Assembly (NCBI RefSeq): GCF_041956535.1
Contig: NW_027192198.1
Span: 164,551-228,550 of the forward strand
Length of the DNA: 64,000 bases
From: Calcarisporiella thermophila CBS 279.70
Lineage: Eukaryota; Fungi; Calcarisporiellomycota
Reading direction: 5' to 3'
A program made the translations under genes and the position numbers. Under the pieces are notes generated by a model that ran no database searches, was not told the DNA's origin, and saw nothing but the letters and a program-made list of their open reading frames with translations. This document shows, in pieces, positions 27,361 to 39,090 of this stretch (within the stretch, counting starts at the first letter, position 1; each line of letters opens with the position of its first letter).

Positions 27361-29752
27361 TTAATCTGGGGGTATGAATGCCCTGGTACATAACACCAGG
27401 CAGCTAGCACCAACACGCATTGCCGCCGCCATTTGGCTCGCACAATTGGCGCTGTCTGCCATGAGCCACACTCTCTGTCCCCGGGCGGCGGCCCTTAATG
27501 CAATGGCCACACAAGCCACCGGACATATGTCCGCCGCTACAATTTCCAGCTGGCCATCTGGACAGACGTACCATGTTGGCCAGTCCACCTCGACCACAGG
27601 GTGTGCATGAGGTTCATTAGGCGGCGTTGGGGGTGATGTTGGCTGACTGGCTGAACTCATCTCCGCAATTAGGACCTCGTGACTCACAGAGGACACCCAT
27701 CCTCCGCCCTTGTCACAACGGACTGGCAACAGCAGGGTTTCCTCTAATGTGTGCCATTGCACGAGGCACCGGGGGTTAAAAGGCTTCTTATCCCGTAGCA
27801 CTGCAGACCGTGCACTCCAACCGCTCGCGCCCCCTAATATGGGTAGGTATAGCTCATCGCCAATCTTAGCGTTATTCATAGATAGAACGATGGCACCAAT
27901 CTCCTCGCCAGGTGCTAGCCGCTGGCCAGGGGACAATTCCGTGATCAAGGCGTTCTCGTCTGGAGGAACATACCATTGGATGGCAAGCACATTCGGGCCC
28001 AATGACACGAATCGGCCCACAGGTAGATCCAATTTGCATATTCTCCCCCCGAAAGTGCGGTTAGCCTGATTTGCGCTATGTCATTGCTGACAGGATCTAG
28101 TAACGGTACAGGTTGGCCTAGTTTAGCTTCAATAGCGAAGTACTCCCATGGAGAACCCCGCAAGTTGACAACCAATCCCGTGGTGAGCACTTCGGCAGTA
28201 GATGGCTCCTTCACCTGCGCGGTTGGGTCGCCCCAGTTCCCAACGGCAAAACCATGCCTCAGCGCCTCTCTCGCAAACTCGGCCTGCCATTCTGGGCCTC
28301 TGTCCGCCTCCAACCAGATAACCACACACGCACCAATGGCCCACAAGCGGTTCTTGGCACGCTCGACTGCCCCGCCTGCCGGCAGGCTACGGAGCAAGCG
28401 TGCAGCCTGCTCGACATTCGAGGTGTGCTCCGCGCCACTGAGCAATAAACCGACGGCGTCAATAAAGTCGGCCCACTGTCCCGCCTCATTTGCACGCTCA
28501 TCAGTGGCAACCTGCAAGCCGACCATGTATGCCGATGGCAATGCCCTAGCCATCTCCGATGCATGAGTCAGGAGGTAGCTCGCGTGCATCTTGTAAACAG
28601 GGTTGGAGGCCATTAGCCACATGTCACGGCCACTCTTTCCTATGTGCTGGTATGCTCCGCGCACATGCCGCCCAGCCAATAGTGTCAGTAGCACGGACAA
28701 TCTACCGATCGGGTCGGCTGCAACGTGCCCAATGTGCCACCCCTAACCCCTATGTGCCATGCGAGGTCTTCCAGCTCCAGTATTGGAGGGGATGCTCCCG
28801 TTTCAGTGGCAGCAACTCGGGCAGCAATGTGCGTGGCTACTGGGCCCTGCATGTGTGGCCCAAGCAGCGAGGCTGCGCGGTTAACCCACGTAAGTGGAGA
28901 TAGCTCATATGGAGGATCTATGACCACCGCACAGCCATGCATCATTGCCCGACATGACGCACACCCAGAACACTCGCCTTCAGCAACGATATATGCCCGC
29001 GATCCCAGACTCCCGGCCACCTGCCGCAACAGCTCCCCCCACGCCCCAGACCGATGCGCAGTGATGAACATTGGGTCCCGTCGTCCATCGAGCCACCCCC
29101 GCAGTGCATCATGTGGTGTCTGCAACCAATGAAAGGGTAGCCTGGTGAAGCCCTCCCCGTGTAGGCACGGTGCTCCGTACACCGGTAGCATGCCACCAGC
29201 ACCCCATGATACCTCCAAATACCCCAGGTTACACTTGTAGATACCAAAAGTGGCCCAGCATGTAACGCACTTGAGGGGGGCCTCCCATACTGGATATAGG
29301 ACTGGGTTCATCTGCAGGCTACTGTAACTCCTCAACAAAGCTGACGCCTCGGGCAGTATCTGGATGGAATAGCGGTTGTGCTGGTCAAACCGCTGGCTGC
29401 CAGGAACCCAAGCTGGTCCTGATGAATCTTGCTCGTAGGCACCTTGTAGAGCGGCAAGTAAAGCATCCTCATCATAATCCTCAGTAATTTTTGTCCCAAG
29501 CGAGCCCAAGCCCGCGCCCTGCCTACGAAACTTGGCGTGTAGTGAAGAATCCTCAGCACGGGATATGACGTTTCCAATCAATGTAGGTGCACCACCCTCT
29601 GACTCCCCAGCAATGACAGTAGACCCCGTAATTTCGACGATATCTTCACAGCTGGCATGCAGCGGAGATTCTTCAAAATACTTGGCTTATGAGGACACAC
29701 TGCCACCATCCACTGTGTTATTTTCATCCCGTCGTATATAAGGTTCGAACAT
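27361..29752 (-). pseudogene. Disrupted intronless orphan gene (~797 codons): one in-frame TAA and two -1 frameshifts
   Basis: ATG at 29752, TAA at 29687-29689 in frame with ORF 28685-29581. Overlapping ORFs 27945-28700 and 27361-28032 each lie in the -1 frame, with G-runs (plus-strand C-runs 28740-28743 and 28045-28050) inside the overlaps. Confidence 0.65.
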
Positions 29753-30179
29753 GTCGATGTGTAATGGTGGGTAGGCGGGTGGTAAATGGGTGTAATAAAA
29801 ACGCCACTTATGAAGTTTGTACGGGTCCCTTCTCCGCAGTGGTGTGTGCTAGTGGTTGCTTAAACGGTGATAAAGCGATAGTAGACAGACAATTCAAGGC
29901 TCAGACCTCCCCGAGAGATTGATGGCTGTGGGATGACTGACTGACTAACTGTTTGAGGTAGCGGTTGATCAAAAGTATAGTGCGCCAAATTTTCTTCGTT
30001 GCCTGGCGAGTGCGGGTAATTGGCAAGTGACTGTTTGCACCTCTGGGGGGCAATTTTTGTCATCAAATATTTCTAGCAATTAATTAAAATCAAGGACCCG
30101 TTAATTGAAAAGTCATTGCACTATAATTCTTAATACATTCAGCAAAAAAAAAAGTGCCACGAGAATTTCATTTGAAGGG

Positions 30180-30972
30180 ATGATATCCCCATACACGCAG
30201 CTTCCAACCTCCAATAATCGGGAGCAGCACGCCACTGTTTTAGTAGCTATAATACTAGGCTACTCGTTTACTTTTTCCTAATTTTTTTTTTTTTGTCAAT
30301 GACAGATAGTTGGGCCACCCGCGAGTGGAAAGCGTACCCTCTCTAGGCAACTAATTGAGGGAATAAAAGATGCTTCATTCAACTGGTAATTAGAATACAT
30401 ATTCCTCAATATCAAAATCTAGATCTCATTACTCTCTTCCGTAGTCGAACAGCGGAAAGTCTTCCCCTTCCATCAGATGATAAACGACCGCGTTACGACT
30501 TTGTTATATTTCTACTTGACTTGACAAACAGGCAGAGTTTCGATCAGTTTCAGCGTTCACTACCCTGCCTGTCGCCAGAATTCCTGATGGGGCGATCCTG
30601 CATAGTTCTTACTAGAGGTATCTTCTATGCTTTATCACATCTATCCACCGTTTTTACATGGCATTTTCAACCATAGCCGACAAAATTACACATTACAGCT
30701 TTGACAGCAAGGATGTTAAAACCTATGTCGAACAATTTTATGACATCCCAATATTCCATACAAATCTTTCGGTAACGGGTTTGATATTTCTCTCCGTAGA
30801 TTTCTAGGCTAATCTAAGTTGCAACCGCTATTCCACTTAGAATGAAGAAGAGAGGGCTACTCTATCGGAGCAGCTATTCCGCTGCATACAGGTATCGAGC
30901 GGGTATCAGCCCTTCATAACACCAGCACGAGTGCACTCCATGATGATGGGAGACACATTTTTGGAGCAATAG
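30180..30972 (+). CDS. CENPM: Centromere protein M (CENP-M), 180 aa; exons 30180-30242, 30306-30385, 30445-30617, 30677-30771, 30841-30972
   Basis: Spliced: MISPYTQLPTSNNREQHATVLIVGPPASGKRTLSRQLIEGIKDASFNCRTAESLPLPSDDKRPRYDFVIFLLDLTNRQSFDQFQRSLPCLSPEFLMGRSCIVLTRADKITHYSFDSKDVKTYVEQFYDIPIFHTNLSNEEERATLSEQLFRCIQVSSGYQPFITPARVHSMMMGDTFLEQ. Colinear with human CENP-M motifs (ATILLVG, SLPLP...RPRIDLIVF, FFLGKVC, RATMAQRL). Absent from the ORF track. Confidence 0.88.
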
Positions 30973-31130
30973 CCAAAAATTAAAAGTCACGAATGTATTT
31001 ACATCATACCCTCGACTGTATTAAACGCGAAAAATAAAATACTGATCATTTTATAGATCTCTATATCATAATCTCCATTGTCCCCCCCATAAGTCGATCG
31101 TTTTGCGGTTGACGCATTCTTTCCATAAAC

Positions 31131-34100
31131 ATGTTCGGAAACACGTATGTATACTTAGTTTTTCTTTGATTATTTTTCCCATGTCAATTCGAGTTTCGTT
31201 AATTATCATACAATCTATTTTATAGATCCAATTCAGGAGGGTTCAACTTTGGCCAACCTCCAGCTACCACTCAAACAACTGCTGCTGGAACGCCTGCTTT
31301 CAGTTTCAGCGCAGCTACTCCTGGCACAGCCCCATCTCTGACTTTTGGGACATCCACATCCACATCAGGAGGAGCTGGGAGTGGATTTGCGTTTGGTTCT
31401 ACGCCTGCACCTGCTTCATCCACAGGTGGTTTTGCGTTTGGTTCGACGCCTGCATCTGGTACATCTACTGGTGGATTTGCCTTTGGAACGACACCATCTT
31501 CAACTACTACCACCACTGCTACTACTACCTCTACATCAGGAACAAGTGGTTTTGCTTTTGGATCTAGCACTCCTGCCCCTACTTTTGGCTCTGCACCCAC
31601 TTCATTCGGAGCTACAGGATCTACTGCTCCCACTAGCACTCCCGGACTATCCTTTGGCTCGACGCCAGCAGCCACTTCTGCCCCTTCCAGTTTGGCAACT
31701 CCGTTGTTCGGCTCTACGACCGCGCCATCAGCAGGATCTTCTGGCGGGATCTCTTTCGGCTCCACTCCAGCAACTTCAACTGGAGCATCTAGTGGATTCT
31801 CATTCGCAAAACCAGCAGCAAGTACGACACCCGCTGCAGGCGGCTTTTCTTTAACCTCCACTACCTCTGAAGCAGGCTCCTCTGCTCCCAAATTCGCCTT
31901 TGGATCCACCACTCCAGCACCAGCTACTACCGCAGCAGCACCTGCCGCGGCCACAGGCGGGTTTAATTTCGGAACACCCGCTGCAACAACAGGCGCAGCA
32001 TCTGCACCTTTGTTTGGATCAGCTGCAACCCCTGCGCCCTCCTCCACACCAGCGTTGGCAGGAGGGTTTGGTTTAAAGGCACCCGCCTCCTCAGAGGCGG
32101 CCACAACCACACCTAGCACCACCTCTGCGCCATCGTTTTCCTTTGGGTCCACTACTTCTGCTCCAGCTGCAACCACTGCACCCGCAGCCACAGCTACAAG
32201 TGGATTCTCTTTTGGAACACCGGCCGCATCTATGGGGTCAACCGAGGCCCCTAAACTTTCGTTCGGATCAACCACTACCTCTACTACCGCCGCAACCTCC
32301 TCAGCAACTCCATCTTTTTCCTTTGGTGCAAAAACAGAGACTACGGCTGCACCTGCAGCTAGCTCGACCGCTGCTACAGCGGTGACAACAGCTTCAACGC
32401 CTGGGTTCTCACTTAAACCCCCCGACACAACGACAACACCAAGCCTGTCCTTTGGGACAAAGCCTGCCACCGCCACCACTACCACTACTACTTCTACTAC
32501 CACCACTACTGCACCTACAACCAGCGCAACCACCACCGCTACGACTAGCGCTCCAGTGGTCTCGAGTGCGACCACCACAGCCGAGCCGTATGTATTCAGC
32601 TGTTTATTACACTGATCCTATTTGTTCATAATTACAACCAAACTAATCTGTTTCTGCTCTACTCTATAGTGCTAAACCAATGTAATTTCCCTAGCCTATA
32701 TGCCTCGGATGGAATACGCGAAAGACTCATTTTCTTTTAACCCTTTTAATAGTGTAAAAATTACAGATCCCCGCATGGTGGTTAAAACCTCCAAATATTC
32801 CGAGTTGCCCGAGAATGCACAGCGTTATCTAGACGAAGTTGAAAAACACATGCGAGCTCAAACGCAGATTCTTGAGTCTATCAAGTCGCGGCAGACCAAT
32901 GATCTGATTCGTAAGGTGAAAGAAGAGGTCGATGGTCTCTCACAGAAACTGGCGTCCGTCAACAACGCCCTAGAGAGGGACATCGTGGTAATCGAGAGCG
33001 TGAAGCGGCGTGCGACGGAGGAACTGCGCAACTCCGAGATGGCCAGCCGTGTTATAGACGAGCTGAAGAACCCACAGCGGAGCATGTACTCATGGGTGAA
33101 TGCTACATCTGAGTGAGTAGCTCGATTTGATTTTCTTGGATATTGCGCTTTTTCAAAAGCCTAACGAGGATGATTAATGCAATTAGCTATTTCTGGAATC
33201 TGGCCAATTCCTTCGAGACTCGAATGGACCAATATCGTCAGCTGATGGAGGTAAGAGGGGAACTTGGCAGGCTTTTTTTTAAAATAAAATTAAACATTGG
33301 AGTGATTGTGTCCGTTTCTAGGACATCGAACGGCATCTCTCTTCTCTGTTGCAAAATCCAAGATACACTCCTCAAGGTAAGCATGAATGGCTGCTGACTT
33401 TGCCCTCGTTCACTGATTGATCATATGTTGAAATGGCTGTGTTGTATAGCTGTCGCACAAATTATACGCAATCAATACGAGTCTTACCTTGCTGTCTCAT
33501 CCAAGGTACAGTCCCTCGATGAAGCCGTGAAGAAGCACCGTGAATGGTACGCTGCCTATCGTAAGAAATGGTTCGGGGACGAACGCAACCCATTCGCAAC
33601 ATTGAAGCGGGTGAAGCGGGATGGTAATATTTTGAAAATCCGGATATTCTACTGCAACGGGCTTTAAACTTACCTCCATACCAGGTCGAGTGGTGGATAC
33701 TGTCACAAGCGAGGAGGAGATGCGGTACAGTCTTGCTGCTTCTCAGCTTATCCCTTCGGCGGGGCAACAGCAACAGCAGCCTGCCACCACCACTGCTGGC
33801 TCTTCGCTTTTCGGAGCTAGCGCTAACAAACCAGCCGGCTTAAGTCTCTTTGGCTCAAAGCCTGCAACAGGAGGTGGCCTGTTCGGCGCTACTAGCCAAC
33901 CCCAGCAACCAGCCGGAGGACTATTCGGCAGTACGACAACCACATCCGCCCCTGCCACGGGTGGGCTTTTCGGCGCAACCCCAGCCACCAGCACGGCCGG
34001 TAGCCAATTGTTTGGCGCAGGAGCGGGAACAACCACAACCACCGCTGCCCCCACGACTGGCGGATTGTTCGGCGCTTCGTCAACCCCGAGCACCGGATTA

Positions 34101-34478
34101 TTCGGATCGACGACGCCTGCAACGGGAGCGGCGAGTGGCGGAGGCCTCTTTGGTGGAGCAACTACAACACCCGCACCAGCCTTTGGTGCGACCCAGTCCT
34201 CTGCCGCGCCCTCCACGGGCGGTTTGTTTGGAAGCACAACCCCAGCAGCCCCTAGCTTCGGAGCGGCTCAGACAACAGGCGCCCCCGCCTCGGGTGGGCT
34301 CTTTGGCAGCACGACCCCAGCCCCGGCTTTTGGGCAGCAGCAACAGCAACCAGCCCAACAAAGCGGAGGTTTATTCGGCAGCACGGGCGGGTTTGGGCAA
34401 CAGCCGCAACAACAGAGTGGGGGACTGTTTGGTGCATCAAGCACTCCTTCGTTTGGCGGCTTTGGGCTGAAAAAATGA
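31131..34478 (+). CDS. FG-repeat central-channel nucleoporin (Nup58/Nup49-like), multi-exon
   Basis: N-terminal FxFG repeats, central coiled coil (TSKYSELPENAQRYLDEVEKHM...YFWNLANSFETRMDQYRQ...RNPF), C-terminal GGLFG repeats. Confidence 0.85.
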
Positions 34479-34675
34479 GCTGTTTTCTCTACTTATTGCT
34501 TTATAAATTATGATGGGCTCTTTTATCTATAAATATATCTCTATATCAAGAGAATAAAAATAAAAATTACAAAAGTCTAATGAAAGATCATTCCCATTTA
34601 TTTGCAAGGAGGAGCGGCCGTTTTGGATTAAAGGAGAATACATATAAAACCGTCTAGGGGTAGAATGGCGCCCCC

Positions 34676-36723
34676 TCATGCATGCTGTACAGGACACTTT
34701 CCGACTTTCCCACTGACCGGACACGATTGTGTCGGTGCTTCGCCGTTAGTTGCCTCCATCGATGCAGCACCCGTCGTCTCGTCCTCTGTTCTATCCTCGA
34801 CTTCGAGCTCAAGCTCCCCATCCCCTAAATCAGCAAAATACTCCTCCAAAGTCCCCTCCCCTCCTTTCTCGCGCCACCTCTGCGTCAGTCGCCATTCTAG
34901 CTTCAAACTTTCGGCAAAGGAAAGTGAGGAGGCCTCTTTTATGGCATGGAATAGGAGACGTGGAAGTAGGGGCGGGAGGCCATGAAGGTGGTCGTTTATG
35001 GCACGTGCCCAAGGGGTACTGCTGGAGGCGAGGTGGGCGACGATCTCGTCGTAATTTTCCGCATTCTATTGCCAGTAGATGGAAAAGATTAAGCCGTGAA
35101 TATGGATTACATCGATATCGGCCCGTCTCGGAGCCCATTCCTTACACCAAAGTAGTCACCGATTTCCTTCCGCCAGGCATCTAACCGCGAAGGCCCAGGA
35201 TAGGCCTTCATTCCCTCTACAACGCTTCGAATCGCCTGAACAGTGTGCGGTGGGGGGCAAGCGGCAACCTCCACCAAATTCTTCCATAGTGATTCTTCTT
35301 TCGAAGCAGGTACGAACATATCAGCCAGGCCTAGGAGTAGGAGATCAGGGCCGCGTAGAATAAGGTTAGGGCTATACAACAAATATAACGCCATCCCCGG
35401 TGGACAGGACGTTGGAAGCTGGGCGAGAGAATGAAGTCCTGAAAATGGATTTGCACGGGGCTGTGAAAAGGAAGTGTAAGCATGCTCGGTGCACACCCGT
35501 AGCCGGGCCATGAACGCGAAGTAGATGGCATCGGCCCCAACGTATCCATCCACCCAGGTCACCATGGGTTTACTGCTACCCTCGCCCCATGTTCTTAGAC
35601 CCTCTACGAGCTGGTAATAGGGTTTCCACGCTGGTTCGTCGACCCCCTCCGAGAACACTCGCGTATCTCGCGTTGTGATCGGTTTTTCGGGGTCGATCTC
35701 AATATCCTCGCCTCCACAATCAGCTCTTAGTAAGAGGGAGGTAACATATGGATTATGCTTCGATATGGTCACCGCATGTGAAAGTTGTGCGACATGCTGG
35801 GCCGTCAGGGTGTTTTGTGAGGCTGGAGTGATGAGTTTGAATTGAGTCGGACCAAAGGTGGACGGAGAAGGTGCGATGATTTCAACGAGGTTAGATGCCG
35901 TTTCATGGAGGTCTTCGTTTTGCAACTGAGGGTCTGGCTTCGCTGTGGGCAAAATCCCATTGGGTTAGAAGGGCAAAACTAAGATAGTAAATCCAATCCA
36001 ATACCTTTGCTTTTGCCCTTTCCTTCCCACAGATGTGCATACGGACATTTGGGCGTGGTATCGGCGGTGCTTTCTTTTTTCCATTTCATATAGGCAGCAA
36101 TATCGAGCTTCTTCACAAATCTTAAAGATGATTTGGGTTAGCAAAAATAAAAAAAAGCTTATTGCAACAGTTTTCCCTCGCAATAGTACTTTGAGTAGTA
36201 AAACAGTTTTGCCTTGGTCATCTCTTGATCGTAGGCTTCTTTCTCAACTGCGCCTTTGCTTGTTAGCTTCTTAATGATAGTAGGCAAACCTTGTTGGAAA
36301 TTCTCGTCGTGATCAAAATCGTACTTATCAAATGCTTCGAATTCGTCGTTCAGAGAGTCCGCGGACTTAGCGTCAGACGCGGCAGTAGCAAATTTCTCCC
36401 AGAGTAGATATTTCTCGAGATTAATTGGGCCAAAACGCCTGAAAAAAATATGGAGAAAAGGTAAATTCTGCGTTAGGAGAAATCTGGACGGGAAGACATG
36501 CTTACTTTGTAAAGTAAAAGTGCTTTGCCTTCATTATCTGTGCCTGCGCAATTGGATTGTCTTGATCGAGCCGTGATGCTTCGAGTATGTGTTTGATTCC
36601 GTTTTGAAAAATTGGATCGGCATTCCAGTCATAAGAGTAGAAGCGATGAAATGCTGCGATCTCCTGAGGTGCAAATGGCAAGTTCACCCCTGAGATTTCG
36701 CTGCTTCCTTTAGGGTCGATCAT
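34676..36723 (-). CDS. Fusion protein, 589 aa: two DUF5572/PEX39-like modules, degenerate crotonase (HIBCH-like) domain, Cys-Pro motifs; exons 36506-36723, 36190-36438, 36005-36120, 35146-35942, 34676-35065
   Basis: Repeats FYSYDWNADPIFQNGI...KAKHFYFTK and FDKYDFDHDENFQQGL...KAKLFYYSK; then NTLT, RVFSEG, KPMVTWVDGYVG, RVCTE, GMALYL, LRGPDLLLLGLADMFVP, ESLKLEWRL. Exon lengths sum to 1770 nt. Confidence 0.75.
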
Positions 36724-36922
36724 GATAACCATGAGGAAAGAAAATGCGAGAAAAATGAGAAAAGCATATGAATTTAATGCCGTGGGACGGCTTCTGTGAC
36801 TGCAGAACTTCCCAGTTGCAAGAATTCGGCCGCTACTCCGCATGAACTTTGACTATAAGCGAATATTTATATCATTATAGATACCACGTATTAAAACAAG
36901 AGGAAGATCCTAAAGAAAAAAG

Positions 36923-39090
36923 ATGAGATCTTCTAAGGAACTCTCGCATCTCGCGGAGATTCGCTTGGATCCCAACACCTCTCTCAAGATTGTGTTGCGA
37001 TCGGCTGATAGCCTCTACCGTCAGGTATCGTGTCTTACCGGTCTCTCTACCCGCCCTCAATATTGATGGAGAGCTTGGCAACCTCTCCATTCATAACCTA
37101 TTACCGAATGTACTAATTTCCACTTCTAGGCTCTCATTTATAAAAAGGAGAATGATCTAGAGAATCTCTACCTTTCCTATATGAAATTTAGCAAGTAAGC
37201 GACTAATACTGCTTTCCCCGCTTCGGTCGTGATGCGTGTTTTTACGCTCTTTACTGAAATATGGCTCTTCATTGCGTAGCGTTATTTTGGGACAATTACC
37301 AAAGAACAAGGATTTCAGGAAAGAGGAATACAAGAAAACCATTTTAGATGCTAAAAGAGTAGGTCTGCGTTTTCACACTGAATATCAGCTCAATGCTCAG
37401 CCTTACCGTTTTTATAGAAATGTAAAGGGGTATTGAGCGAGCTGGAGACTATCAAACCCATACTGGACAAGGTGTATGAAGAAAAACGGCGCGAAGCAGA
37501 ACGACGCAGACGGGAAGCCATACGGCTACAGCTGGAACGCCAACAGAAGGAAGCATCACAACAGCAGAAGGAGGAACAAACGCCACCTACTCCCCCACCA
37601 AAGCAGAAGAGCGAATGGTCTCTGCAGGAGGAGTTAAAGGATTTGCAGATCGACGACGACGGTGTGAGGTACCCTATTATCTTTTATTTTCAGTATCCGA
37701 TGAAGAGAGAATATAACCTTGAATTTTTGGATAGAATTTTGCAATCGGCGAAGGAGTCTCAGGTACATACCTATAAGTTTATTTTTAGCTAGTGTTCCTG
37801 GGGTGAAAGCTGATGACTTTCTGCCGTCCTCTAACTATATAGAATTACTACCCTGAAACTCGGCGTAACATAAGTGATGGGTGAGTCACTCGTTTGCAAA
37901 CTACTGCCTGTTCATATGCCCAGATAATGTATTTACATATAATTTTCTTAGCTATACTTATTCTCCGCCTGCACAAGCCTCAACTAGCATCCCCATTGCC
38001 CGTTCGCCGCCCGATCTTCTTTCGATTAACCGCAGTATCAACGATGCAGTCTTCCAACCCATATTGCCACCGAAACCGAATGCCTATCGCGAAGAGATGC
38101 CCCCGGATCTACAAACAGCCGATCGAGTAGTACTACCTCCCCTGCCCCCGAAACCTACTGAAACAATAATAGAAGAGCCCGAACATGTTTGTGAGGGTAA
38201 TCTTGACTCAATTAAATGTATAGTGCATTGTGATGTTTACCTTGCTTGCGGACGTAGCTACCACGGAAGGTGGGGTTCCCCTAAGATCCGTCGTAGTCCC
38301 CACATCATTATTGAAGAAGTTCTTGGATATTGCTCAACCTAACACAAACAAGAACTTGGAGACTTGTGGCATTTTATCTGGCACTTTGGTAAGTCGACGG
38401 ATTGACTTCGGGATCATAGCAAATGAGACGGCCTGATCTAATTCTTGCTGACGCATTTCGGCTGGATAGAAACGCAACATTTTCACCATCAACACTCTTA
38501 TCATTCCTAAGCAAACTTCCACCTCCGACACCTGCACCACTACCAACGAGGAGGAGCTCTTTGCCTATCAAGACGAGAGAGATTTGATGACGCTTGGTTG
38601 GATCCACGTAAGTGATTTTCTTGCTTCCCCATCTTCATACGCCTCATCCATGTGGTGGAGCGGAGGCTAATCCTTGCCACTTCGACAGACTCATCCAACT
38701 CAGTCGTGCTTCATGTCCTCAGTCGATCTGCACACGCACTGTTCCTACCAGCTGATGCTGCCCGAAGCTATCGCCATCGTGTGCGCCCCGAAGCATAAGC
38801 CAGAGTAAGTGAGACCTTATCTTTGTTTCCATGCAGTTTGCTTTAGAGCGTCTGCGTGTCTAGCTATGGCATATTCCGCCTCACCGACCCCCCGGGTATG
38901 GACGTGATCATGAAGTGTACCGATGAGCGGCTCTTCCACCCGCATCCCGATGTTGCAATATATACCGTGAGTATACCTCTTGGTGCGTAGTGATGAGTAG
39001 AAAAGTTCTAACGACACTGCATGACAGGACACCTCTGGACACGTAAAGCTACTAGACATCGATTTTACCGTGATAGACCTGAGGAGTTGA
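36923..39090 (+). CDS. AMSH/STAMBP-like JAMM deubiquitinase, multi-exon
   Basis: N-terminal MIT/USP8-like helix region; [73 protein letters not shown]. Confidence 0.92.

Noticed and set aside
28737-28752. CCCTAACCCC as a telomeric repeat insertion
   Set aside because: A single TTAGGG unit is expected by chance.
31226-34470. Repeats with spacers resembling a CRISPR-like array
   Set aside because: They are degenerate in-frame FG/GLFG nucleoporin coding repeats.
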